IMG/VR virus record: IMGVR_UViG_3300027793_000052
Location: 253,984 to 317,983 of that record
Length of the DNA stretch: 64,000 nucleotides
Reading direction: 5' to 3' (one strand)
Part shown: one piece after another, positions 39,736-48,825 of the stretch
Numbering within the stretch: the stretch's first letter is position 1
Layout of the letters: the number at the start of each line of letters is the position of its first letter
Notes under the pieces: generated by a model
What the model saw: the letters and a program-made list of their open reading frames with translations, nothing else
Told to the model about the DNA's origin: nothing
Database searches by the model: none
Translations under genes and position numbers: made by a program

Positions 39736-40884
39736 ATGGCTGAAGTATTCGATACAAAATTAACACCTGAAGAAACAGAATATTTAACCAACAGATTGAT
39801 GGGTTTTTATAGTGAGTTGGAAACTATTCAGGATTATTTCTTAGAACGTAAGAAAGAGAAGGTGGTTGATATTAACCATGATAAGTTCACAAAACTTATG
39901 TTCGATGATTATGGTATCGAACCTAAAGATATGAAATTCGAGATTGAAATAATAGATGGTAAATTATTTAATCCAGCAACACAAATAATCACATCACTAC
40001 CACTTGAATCTCAAATCGGTAGACAAATAATGATAGGTGTTAAAGAAACAAATACCAATAAGTACGTTGGGTTTATTCGTTTAGCTTCACCTGTTTTATC
40101 TATTAAACCACGTAATGATTTATTTCAGGGGTTTAAAATCACAGCTAATGAAGTGAACAAATATATGATTAACGGTGCTATCATTGTACCCGTACAACCA
40201 TTTGGTTATAACTATTTGGGTGGTAAGTTGTTGGCCTTGATTTGTTGTTCACATGAGGCAAGACAAATGTTAAAAGATAAATACGGTGATAAGATAGATA
40301 CGGTATTTATGGAAACCACATCACTTTATGGTGATATTAAAGGGGTTAGTCAATATGACGGTCTTAAACCTTTTATGAGATATGGTAGTATGACAGAATC
40401 CGACTTATTTTTATTCCCTAATGACGATGTTTTTATGGAAATTAGAAATGTGTTAAGACCATTATACGGTAAACCTGAATGGGGTGGTTCTATGGTTGAC
40501 CCTGGTCCATCTGGCCCTAAGATGAGAGAATTTAATAAAATAATCTCTATATTAAAAAACCACTTAAGGGTTCAAAATCCACAGAAATATAAAGAATTTC
40601 ATGACTTTACTAAGTCACATATGAAAGCTAAAACCAAAAAAAGGTATTACTACTGTAATTACGGTTATGATAATATTGGGGCATATATATCTAGTGACGG
40701 TAAAGTACCTTTAGTTAAGAGAGATAATTGGGATAGATACCATTTAACTCACATGATTGATTGGTGGAAGTCAAAAGCACAAAACAGATACGAGACTTTA
40801 AAAAATGATGGTAGATTAAGAAACGATTTGGAGATATACACATTGGATAGGATTGAATCTGGTAATGTTGACATGGTAAGATAA
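39736..40884 (+). CDS. DUF4338 / DruA-like protein, paralogue 1
   Basis: GRQI...VGFIRLASP...KPRN; IVPVQPFGYNYLGGKLLALICCS; ETTSLYG...SQYDGL. Confidence 0.75.
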   Translation: MAEVFDTKLTPEETEYLTNRLMGFYSELETIQDYFLERKKEKVVDINHDKFTKLMFDDYGIEPKDMKFEIEIIDGKLFNPATQIITSLPLESQIGRQIMIGVKETNTNKYVGFIRLASPVLSIKPRNDLFQGFKITANEVNKYMINGAIIVPVQPFGYNYLGGKLLALICCSHEARQMLKDKYGDKIDTVFMETTSLYGDIKGVSQYDGLKPFMRYGSMTESDLFLFPNDDVFMEIRNVLRPLYGKPEWGGSMVDPGPSGPKMREFNKIISILKNHLRVQNPQKYKEFHDFTKSHMKAKTKKRYYYCNYGYDNIGAYISSDGKVPLVKRDNWDRYHLTHMIDWWKSKAQNRYETLKNDGRLRNDLEIYTLDRIESGNVDMVR

Positions 40885-41087
40885 TGTTAGAATTTAAAAA
40901 TCCAATACCAGTAGTAGTTGAAGATAACAAAGAAGGTTATGCCATATATGTAACAAATGGCGGTTCATTTGAGAATGATATATGGTGTGTGGTTCATTGT
41001 GACGGCGGCATTGTTAGACATTACAGAAGTGACCAAATAAAAATACATAATAATTTAACTTTAGATATAAAAAAACATGGACAGTAA
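40884..41087 (+). CDS. Small hypothetical protein (beta-rich)
   Basis: 67 aa, TAATG-coupled; EGYAIY...NDIWCV...GIVRHY. Confidence 0.6.
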   Translation: MLEFKNPIPVVVEDNKEGYAIYVTNGGSFENDIWCVVHCDGGIVRHYRSDQIKIHNNLTLDIKKHGQ

Positions 41088-41478
41088 AAAAGTATCAAAT
41101 CTATTAAGGGCTGTAGCAGACCTTATGGATAACACAACAGAAGTTGTACAAGAAACACAAAAAGATATGGTTAAAACCATAGAAAAGAACACAAATGACT
41201 ATTTAGAACATTCTTTAAAACTTATGAGAAAGATTGAAGATAATGACACAATTAGAGCTTATAAGAATAAAATGGGTAAGCAAAATAAAGTTTTGTCTGA
41301 AGCCTTACTAGAAATACAAAAGTTACGTGAGAATGCTATAGAAGACATGATTAGAGATGCTAAAGGCATATCCAACCCAATAGACTTTTTTAATAAAACT
41401 ATCACTAATAGTGAAAAATTAGGTAGACAGTTTGTTAAAGAAGGTGAAATTTTAAATAAGGCTATTACACAAGAATAA
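41077..41478 (+). CDS. Hypothetical helical protein
   Basis: 133 aa, coiled-coil-like. Confidence 0.55.
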   Translation: MDSKKVSNLLRAVADLMDNTTEVVQETQKDMVKTIEKNTNDYLEHSLKLMRKIEDNDTIRAYKNKMGKQNKVLSEALLEIQKLRENAIEDMIRDAKGISNPIDFFNKTITNSEKLGRQFVKEGEILNKAITQE

Positions 41479-41481
41479 TTT

Positions 41482-42126
41482 ATGTACTGTGAGGTATCAC
41501 CAAGACAATCTGGTAAAACTACAAGGTTGATAACAGCCTTGGTGGAATACCTACGTAACAATATACGTAATAACCATTATGTTGCTTTAGTCACACCTAA
41601 CTCTAATATAACTAAAGATTTACTTAATCTTATTAGAGATAGGTTGGCTATAGAATGTTCTTATGATGTAGGTATGGAATGGCCTAGTGATGGTATATAC
41701 CGATTGGTTGATGATTACCATATGAAACACATCATAACAAAAACAAGGTTTGGTGAGTATAGAAATGAACCTAATATGTGGTTTTTCGATGAGTTTGCCT
41801 CCATACCAATGGATAAAGTTTTACACCCAATTAACCAAACCCTAATAACAAATGCCTATTATTGTACAACACCATCAAATGGTATTAACTTAACAACAGA
41901 TACTATAGTTGAGTATTGTCGAGATAATAATATAAACATTCAATTCCATAACCCTTGGACACCTAATAGACTTAGGGAACAAGGTGGTTTGGAACCTTAT
42001 ATTAGAAATCATGTATTGGGTAGTTGGGTAGAATATATGGCATCAAACGGTTTTAACATAGAAGAGTTAAAATCAGAAATCATTTCAAAATATATTAAAA
42101 AACATCGTTTTATTAATGGTAAATAG
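41482..42126 (+). CDS. Stand-alone P-loop NTPase resembling a terminase large-subunit ATPase domain
   Basis: SPRQSGKTT Walker A, WFFDEFA Walker B, CTTP motif III; no nuclease domain. Confidence 0.65.
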   Translation: MYCEVSPRQSGKTTRLITALVEYLRNNIRNNHYVALVTPNSNITKDLLNLIRDRLAIECSYDVGMEWPSDGIYRLVDDYHMKHIITKTRFGEYRNEPNMWFFDEFASIPMDKVLHPINQTLITNAYYCTTPSNGINLTTDTIVEYCRDNNINIQFHNPWTPNRLREQGGLEPYIRNHVLGSWVEYMASNGFNIEELKSEIISKYIKKHRFINGK

Positions 42127-43066
42127 AGAACAGTTAAAACATGATTTGTTAAATTTTACCTTCTTAACACAGGAAGAACAAAAGGCTAAACAACCCAAGA
42201 AGTACGATTCAATATGGATTAATGAAAGTATTGTAGATGATCCAATAAACATTAAACCATTATTAATACCTGTGGATTCCACTAGTAAACTATGGAGGGA
42301 GTGGAAAAGTGTGGAAGAACATGTGTCTAGTTTCCCATTTAGACGTAGTCCTGGTAGAAATAACTATTTCCTTGTTAAAAACGAGTATGATGGTAAAAAT
42401 CTAGGTATTTTAGATGTGGCTGCCGATTTCTTAGCATTAGGACCAAGAGATAGACACATTGGTTGGAACAAAGATGAAAGAGTTGTTAGAAATAGAAATA
42501 TTGCTAATATATCTGTTTGTGTACCTACTAGACATTTTGGTTATAACATGGCAGGGGGTAAGTTATTAACATTGTTAGCTGCCTCTAATTTTGTTGGTGA
42601 CCATTGGAAATTAAAGTATGGTGATGATTTGGCTGGATTAACTGTAACTTCCTTATACGGTAGAGGTGTACAATACAATAGATTAAAACACTTTAAATAT
42701 TTAGGTCTAACACAAGGACAAGGTACAGTACAGATAGACGAGGACCTATATCAACAAATGAGGTTGGTTGTGGAGGAGGAAGAAGGTGAAATACCTGGAG
42801 GTCAATTTACAAGTGGTAAAAACTCAAGAATAAATATTATTAGAAAGGCTAGTGATTACTTAAATATTGACGCTAGGGTTTTAACAACCCACGGTAATCG
42901 TAGAGGGATTTATTGGTGTGATAGAGGTGATAACACTTCAGAGTTTTTAAGAGGTATTGACAAAGACTTCAAGGTTAAAGAAGGTTTGGATATAGAAACA
43001 CTAACAAACCATTGGAGAGAAAGGTGGGCCTATAAACGTATTGAAAATGTTAAAACTAAAGTTTAA
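42116..43066 (+). CDS. DUF4338 / DruA-like protein, paralogue 2
   Basis: PGRNNYFLV...LGPRDRHIGW; VPTRHFGYNMAGGKLLTLLAAS; TSLYG...QYNRL; LGLTQGQG; W.ERWA.KR. Confidence 0.8.
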   Translation: MVNREQLKHDLLNFTFLTQEEQKAKQPKKYDSIWINESIVDDPINIKPLLIPVDSTSKLWREWKSVEEHVSSFPFRRSPGRNNYFLVKNEYDGKNLGILDVAADFLALGPRDRHIGWNKDERVVRNRNIANISVCVPTRHFGYNMAGGKLLTLLAASNFVGDHWKLKYGDDLAGLTVTSLYGRGVQYNRLKHFKYLGLTQGQGTVQIDEDLYQQMRLVVEEEEGEIPGGQFTSGKNSRINIIRKASDYLNIDARVLTTHGNRRGIYWCDRGDNTSEFLRGIDKDFKVKEGLDIETLTNHWRERWAYKRIENVKTKV

Positions 43067-43087
43067 ACTTAATAAAAAATAATTAAT

Positions 43088-43876
43088 ATGATTAAATCTG
43101 TTGTACACTGTGCTGATATACACCTACGTTTGTTTAAAAGACATGAGGAATATACAGAACAATTTGAGAAGTTTTATAAAGAATGTGAAGAAATACAACC
43201 TGACAGGATTGTTATTGTTGGTGACTTAGTACATTCTAAGAATCAAATGACACCTGAACTTATTTATATGGTTACAACCTTTTTAAATAATTGTTCAAAA
43301 ATAGCTATGACTGTTATTACATTAGGTAACCATGATTTCTTGGCAAACAATTTAGATAGGATGGATGCTTTATCACCCATCATATCCACAATGGATAACC
43401 CTAATATCTTATTTTTAAAACACACAGGCACATACAGAGATGAAAATGTAGTTTGGTGTGTTTATGGACATATGGAAGGTTCTGAGAGACCTAATATAGA
43501 AGAGGCAAGAGAATTATATGGTGATGATGTGACTTATATAGGTTTATATCATGATCCTTTGGTTGGTTTAAAAACTAACGTTGGGTTTGAATTTGAGGAT
43601 GGTAAAGATATCTCTATTTTTGAAGGTTGTGATATGGTTATGTGTGGTGATATCCACAAGTATCAGGTAATGAAACACCGTAAAACACCAATTGTAATGC
43701 CATCATCAATGATTCAACAAGACTTTGGTGAAGACCCATATAACCACGGTTATGTGTTATGGGATATCACAACAAAAGAACATGAGTTGAAGAGATTACC
43801 AAACGATTATGGGTTTTATACTTTTAAAATTAAATCTATTGAGGATATAGAAACAGAGTCAGAGAGATTAGTATGA
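43088..43876 (+). CDS. SbcD / Mre11 / T4 gp47-like nuclease (metallophosphoesterase)
   Basis: ADIH, GDLVH, GNHD, YH, GDIHKYQ. Confidence 0.88.
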   Translation: MIKSVVHCADIHLRLFKRHEEYTEQFEKFYKECEEIQPDRIVIVGDLVHSKNQMTPELIYMVTTFLNNCSKIAMTVITLGNHDFLANNLDRMDALSPIISTMDNPNILFLKHTGTYRDENVVWCVYGHMEGSERPNIEEARELYGDDVTYIGLYHDPLVGLKTNVGFEFEDGKDISIFEGCDMVMCGDIHKYQVMKHRKTPIVMPSSMIQQDFGEDPYNHGYVLWDITTKEHELKRLPNDYGFYTFKIKSIEDIETESERLV

Positions 43877-44142
43877 ACTATGATGAACAAATAAAATCAA
43901 TTGAAGAACTTATAGGTTATTTTGATTTTAAAATCAATAACGTACTTAATAGAACCGAAACTGAATATAGGGGTGGGCTTAGAAGACTTATGTTACAACG
44001 TAATAAATTAATTGATAGTTATCATATTTTATTAGAAACAAGACGTAGAAACGTATTAGGTATAAAAAAACAAATAAAACCACATAAATTCAACGAACCA
44101 ATAAATTTTGATATAACATTCTTAACAGATTATTATTTTTAA
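43873..44142 (+). CDS. Hypothetical protein
   Basis: 89 aa, coupled on both sides. Confidence 0.55.
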   Translation: MNYDEQIKSIEELIGYFDFKINNVLNRTETEYRGGLRRLMLQRNKLIDSYHILLETRRRNVLGIKKQIKPHKFNEPINFDITFLTDYYF

Positions 44143-44837
44143 TGGACTTATTACCTAAAAATATTAAAGACGATATTTGGAATTATTGTAGAGCCAATAA
44201 TATAACCAATATGGATAAGTTCATAGTTGATATGGTTATCCAAGGATTGAATATTGAGAAATATGGTAACTCACCTATTGTACCACAAGTTATAGAAAAA
44301 GAGGTTATAAAAGAGGTTGAAATTGAAAAGATTGTTGAAGTACCTGTTGAGAAAATAGTAGAGAAGGTGGTTGAAGTACCAGTGGAAAAGATTGTGGAGA
44401 AAACAATAGAGGTACCTGTAGAAAAAATTGTAGAAAAGGAAGTTTATATCACCAATAATGAAGAAGTTGAAAAATTAACTCTCGACATTACCAAATTAAA
44501 GGAGGATAATAAAAAATCATCTGATAAGGTAGAAAAATTATCTAAAGCCAATGAATTGTTAAATTCTGATTTAAAAACAAAAGAACTAGAAGTTGGTGAA
44601 ATAAAATCTGAACGTGATAACTTATTGTTAGAGTTAGATAAAGAAAAAACCAAGGTTAGTAATTCTGAATTAAATAAACTATACCAAAAAATACAAAATT
44701 TGGAGTCCCTTTTGGAAGTTGAAAAAAATAGAAGTAAACCTAAAATTGATATTACAAACCCTTTTAATGATAAACCCAAGGATGTTATTAAATGGGTACC
44801 ACAGGAAAAAGATGATAAAGATTTATATAACGAATAG
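44142..44837 (+). CDS. Coiled-coil protein with EKIVEVPV repeats
   Basis: Repeat block followed by heptad-rich region. Confidence 0.7.
   Translation: MDLLPKNIKDDIWNYCRANNITNMDKFIVDMVIQGLNIEKYGNSPIVPQVIEKEVIKEVEIEKIVEVPVEKIVEKVVEVPVEKIVEKTIEVPVEKIVEKEVYITNNEEVEKLTLDITKLKEDNKKSSDKVEKLSKANELLNSDLKTKELEVGEIKSERDNLLLELDKEKTKVSNSELNKLYQKIQNLESLLEVEKNRSKPKIDITNPFNDKPKDVIKWVPQEKDDKDLYNE
44289..44450 (+). repeat. EKIVEVPV / EKIV peptide repeats
   Basis: VIEKEVIKEVEIEKIVEVPVEKIVEKVVEVPVEKIVEKTIEVPVEKIVEKEVYI. Confidence 0.8.
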
Positions 44838-44871
44838 TGACTTATTATAAAATATATAACATAATTAACTA

Positions 44872-47244
44872 ATGACTACAATAACAAAAGAAAAAATAAA
44901 AATACCAGCTAAAGCATCGGTTAGAGTAATATGGGAAGGTGACCCCGTAGAATATACAAAAGATAGGGTAAAACGTATTGAACAATATATCGCAGAAAAA
45001 TATTCTGTAGATAAAGTACAAGTTATTTTTAAACCCAAAAAACAAAATACTGAACACGGGGAAGTTGAAATGGCCATAACGGATAACGTTATGGATATCA
45101 ATTACCAACGTAGATTATTTAAAGAATGGTTAGATGGTAATAAAATTGACGTGGATTGGGATAGACTTATTAGGTTGGATGATAAGGTTAACGATAAGTT
45201 AAAAGAAAAACGTGATATAGAATATCGTTATCGTAATTGGCATATTAAAGAATTGGAGTGGGATAATTTCCTATCTTATGGTGATGGAAATAAGTTGTCT
45301 ATAGATGGTTTAAAAGGTATTACAACAATTACCTCTAATCCACCTAATATGGGTGGTAAGACTGCTATGGCAATAGATTTACTTTTATTCTTATTCTTTA
45401 ACGAAACAACAAGAACTAAAGTTGCTGCACAAATTTTTAATAAATTTAGGGATGTTAATAATGTTAGGGTCAAAGGTGTTATTAATATAGACGGTGGTGA
45501 CTATGTCATAGAAAGAAACTTAAGTAGAAGTAAAAAGAAAACCGAAGAAGGTTATAATGTTAAAACTGATTTAAATTTTCAGAAGATATTATCTGATGGT
45601 TCTGTTTTAAATTTAGAAGGTGAACAACGTAGGGAAACGGATGAGTTTATTAAAAAATCTATTGGTGATGTTGATGATTTTCTTTTAACTATCATTGCTA
45701 CATCAGATAATTTGGAAGAATTAATACACACTCTACCAACACAAAAAGGTAAGTTATTATCTAAATTTATTGGTTTAGAAGTTATAGAACAAAAAGAAGA
45801 AATTGTTAAAGAAATGAAATCGGCTTGGGCTAAAAACTTAAAATCAGATCAATATAACACAGGTGATTTAAAAAAAGAAATTGAAAATCTAGAAAGTAAA
45901 ATTAAAGATTTTAATGAAGATATTAAAATATCTGAAGAAACATTATCTTCATTAAAAGAAGAAATTGTTGATACAACTTCCATTAAAGAAACTTTACTAT
46001 CCCAAAAAATTATTATTGATGGTGAAATAATAAAATTAAGACCTGAAGATATCAATAGAGAAATAGATACCGTAATTGAAAAGGGTAAAAAATCTAAAGA
46101 AAAGTACGATATACTAAAAACCGAATTTGATAGATTAACTGAAATAGAATATGATGCTCAGATACATAAAGAGTGGAAGCAACAATTAAGTGATTTAAAT
46201 ACATCTAGAAGTCATAAAACTATAAAAAAAGACAGCGTTGAGGGTTTAATTAAAAATCTTGAAGAGGGTGAATTTTGTTCTCTATGTAAACAACCTTTAA
46301 AAGATGTTGACCATTCTGATGAAATTGCTAGCAATAAAATTACCTTAGAAAAGTTAATCGAAGATATCAAAGGGTTTGATACTGAAATTGAAGAGGCTAA
46401 AAAAGAAATTGAAAAGTTTGATAAAATTAAAGAACAGGTTGATGAATATGATAGAAAATCTATTATGATTGACAAAATTGAACTTGAGATTGAAAACTTT
46501 AGACTTCAACTAAAAGATAAAAAAGATTTAAAGAAAAAATACGAGGACAATATCGGTAATATAGAAAAAAACAAAGACCTAGATTCCAAAATACTTGGTT
46601 ATAACGCTAAACTGGATAGGTTAAATAGAGAAAAAGACGAATTAATAACCAAAATACAACGTAATAAAACTGAAATTGAACGTTTTGAAGATAACATAGT
46701 TAAAAACAAAGAATTAATTAAAACAATTAAAGTTGAAGAAGAGGTTAAACTTATTTTTGATATATACATTAGGATAGTTGGTAAAAACGGTATTACAAAA
46801 TTAATAATGAAAAATGTTATACCTTTATTAAATTCAGAATTAGAAAGATTATTAACGGATTCCGCTGATTTTAAAATTACCGTGGATTTAAATTCTAAAC
46901 AGGAGGTTGATTTTATGTTAGAAAAAGAAGAGGGTGGTAAAAAAATAAGTTATTTATTAACAGAAGGTAGTGGTTTAGAAAAAACGTTAGGTTCTTTAGC
47001 CTTAAGAATGGTACTATCAAGGGTCAGTACATTACCCAAACCAAATATAATAGTGTTAGATGAAATTTTTGGTAAGGTGGCTAATGAAAATTTAGACTTG
47101 GTGGGTAATTTTTTTCAAAAGTGCTCTGAGATGTTTGATAATATATTTCTGATTACTCATAACCCGTTAGTTAAAGATTGGAGTACAAATATTATAACAA
47201 TAGAAAAAATTAATAATATTTCTTCTTTGAAGTTATCAAGATAA
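44872..47244 (+). CDS. SbcC / Rad50 / T4 gp46-like ATPase with N-terminal extension
   Basis: NFLSYG, NMGGKT Walker A, coiled coil with CSLC hook, GSGLE signature, IVLDE, LITH. Confidence 0.9.
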   Translation: MTTITKEKIKIPAKASVRVIWEGDPVEYTKDRVKRIEQYIAEKYSVDKVQVIFKPKKQNTEHGEVEMAITDNVMDINYQRRLFKEWLDGNKIDVDWDRLIRLDDKVNDKLKEKRDIEYRYRNWHIKELEWDNFLSYGDGNKLSIDGLKGITTITSNPPNMGGKTAMAIDLLLFLFFNETTRTKVAAQIFNKFRDVNNVRVKGVINIDGGDYVIERNLSRSKKKTEEGYNVKTDLNFQKILSDGSVLNLEGEQRRETDEFIKKSIGDVDDFLLTIIATSDNLEELIHTLPTQKGKLLSKFIGLEVIEQKEEIVKEMKSAWAKNLKSDQYNTGDLKKEIENLESKIKDFNEDIKISEETLSSLKEEIVDTTSIKETLLSQKIIIDGEIIKLRPEDINREIDTVIEKGKKSKEKYDILKTEFDRLTEIEYDAQIHKEWKQQLSDLNTSRSHKTIKKDSVEGLIKNLEEGEFCSLCKQPLKDVDHSDEIASNKITLEKLIEDIKGFDTEIEEAKKEIEKFDKIKEQVDEYDRKSIMIDKIELEIENFRLQLKDKKDLKKKYEDNIGNIEKNKDLDSKILGYNAKLDRLNREKDELITKIQRNKTEIERFEDNIVKNKELIKTIKVEEEVKLIFDIYIRIVGKNGITKLIMKNVIPLLNSELERLLTDSADFKITVDLNSKQEVDFMLEKEEGGKKISYLLTEGSGLEKTLGSLALRMVLSRVSTLPKPNIIVLDEIFGKVANENLDLVGNFFQKCSEMFDNIFLITHNPLVKDWSTNIITIEKINNISSLKLSR

Positions 47245-47285
47245 CACTTATCTTTGTGAAGATATTTATAATAAAAACATAACTT

Positions 47286-47762
47286 ATGGATAGTAAAAGA
47301 TTTTTAATGGTAATTCTTGGTACATCATCCGATATTGAAACTGATTTAAATTATATTGCGGATGGTGATAGTGGTGTTAACTATGTAGACGGTAAGGGTA
47401 TATTTATTTGTACGTTTTTTAGTCCATATACAACAACTGAAATTCAAGAAAAATTGTCCCACAGACCTGCTATAATGATTTTTGATATTACAGATATGGA
47501 CAACTACAGTGTTAACTTACCTTCAAAGTATTATGCCGGTTTATTTCCAGAAGTTGCTAAAACAATGGAATCCATTAATGAAAGTTTAAAACCTAAATGG
47601 GAACCTGTGGCTTCTAAAACTAAAAAATCTTCTAAGAAAAAAGAAGTTAAAAAAACAGAAGAGTTTGATTCTGTAGATGAGATTTTAGATAAACTATCAC
47701 GTAATAATTACGATAGAAGTTGTTTAACCGAAAAAGAAATCAATATATTAAATAAAATATGA
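47286..47762 (+). CDS. Hypothetical protein with C-terminal DUF6576-like motif
   Basis: VDEILDKLSRNNYDRSCLTEKEINIL. Confidence 0.6.
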   Translation: MDSKRFLMVILGTSSDIETDLNYIADGDSGVNYVDGKGIFICTFFSPYTTTEIQEKLSHRPAIMIFDITDMDNYSVNLPSKYYAGLFPEVAKTMESINESLKPKWEPVASKTKKSSKKKEVKKTEEFDSVDEILDKLSRNNYDRSCLTEKEINILNKI

Positions 47763-47941
47763 CATTTTTAATTTTATATGGAATATGGACATTACATGTA
47801 CTATTAGGCGTTTGCTTCTTATACTATTTTGTTTCTAAAAAAAGTTTTGATTTCGATAATGTATTAGCTGTAATGATTTTTATTTCATTGTGGCCAATAA
47901 TAGTTTTATTTTATTTTTGTAAAAAATGTTTAAAATATTAA
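47759..47941 (+). CDS. Small membrane protein
   Basis: Two hydrophobic segments, LWP motif. Confidence 0.55.
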   Translation: MTFLILYGIWTLHVLLGVCFLYYFVSKKSFDFDNVLAVMIFISLWPIIVLFYFCKKCLKY

Positions 47942-48402
47942 ATTACCTACCTTCATGGTTAAAAAAGAAAAAAACAGTAAAAAATACTGAAGATAAAGAT
48001 GTTAAATCTTTAATCAATCTTCTAAAGAAAGAAGATAAAAAAACACCTAAAATCGAAAGATACGAATATCAAGGACACACTTATAAAATCGGTGATAAGG
48101 TTATTTGTAGATCCAATGAACCACATCCATTTTGGTATGGTAAAATAGTTGAGTTTTGGGACAATAATGGTAAATGGAACACGGCAGTACCTAGGGTCAG
48201 AAATCTAAAAACTGGTAAAGTTTGGGGTGTTAATGGAATTATTAAACCTTTTTCTAAAGAGTTAGTCGAAAAACTAAAAACCATGAAAGCTTTGGAACAA
48301 TGGAATTATTTAGCACCTGAAGAAGCTAGGTATACAGAAAGTGAAATGAAACTTAAAGAAGAAAACTTTAAGAAAAAATCCGAATTATATAAAAAAAGTT
48401 AG
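47926..48402 (+). CDS. Hypothetical protein (SH3/KOW-like segment)
   Basis: YKIGDKVI...GKIVE. Confidence 0.55.
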   Translation: MFKILNYLPSWLKKKKTVKNTEDKDVKSLINLLKKEDKKTPKIERYEYQGHTYKIGDKVICRSNEPHPFWYGKIVEFWDNNGKWNTAVPRVRNLKTGKVWGVNGIIKPFSKELVEKLKTMKALEQWNYLAPEEARYTESEMKLKEENFKKKSELYKKS

Positions 48403-48449
48403 TATATTTGTAATTAATTAATAAAACGGTCTATTTATTGTTGATTACA

Positions 48450-48815
48450 ATGTTATTTGAAGAATACGAGAAGATTTTAACAAAAGGTAAACGTGTCGAA
48501 TGGCACGGAATTTCAGTACCTAAAGATTTGTTAACCCCAACAGTTCAAGCGGTTGCACAAAATATTATTGAAACAATTAATAAATTTGAATCTATAGCTG
48601 TTGATAAAGACAATAAAAAACAGTATATTTGTACACTTTGGGATAATCTTAAAAATTTACCATATAAATTAAACAATGATTTTTTTCTAATTAAAAAGAA
48701 TAAAATAGAAGAAAATTTAAAACAAAAACCAATTAAAGAAAGTAAAAAAGAAGAAACAACAAATAGTAAAAAACCCACCAAAAATAGTAGTTTAATATTC
48801 GGAAATAAAAAATAA
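48450..48815 (+). CDS. Hypothetical protein
   Basis: Lys-rich ORF; ATG follows TATTTATT. Confidence 0.5.
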   Translation: MLFEEYEKILTKGKRVEWHGISVPKDLLTPTVQAVAQNIIETINKFESIAVDKDNKKQYICTLWDNLKNLPYKLNNDFFLIKKNKIEENLKQKPIKESKKEETTNSKKPTKNSSLIFGNKK

Positions 48816-48825
48816 AGTTACATAT

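Noticed and set aside
41482-42126. Bona fide terminase large subunit
   Set aside because: Too short, no nuclease domain, no adjacent portal or packaging genes.
39736-43066. Complete Druantia defence system
   Set aside because: Only DruA-like genes are present; no large DruE helicase or other recognisable Dru genes in the window.
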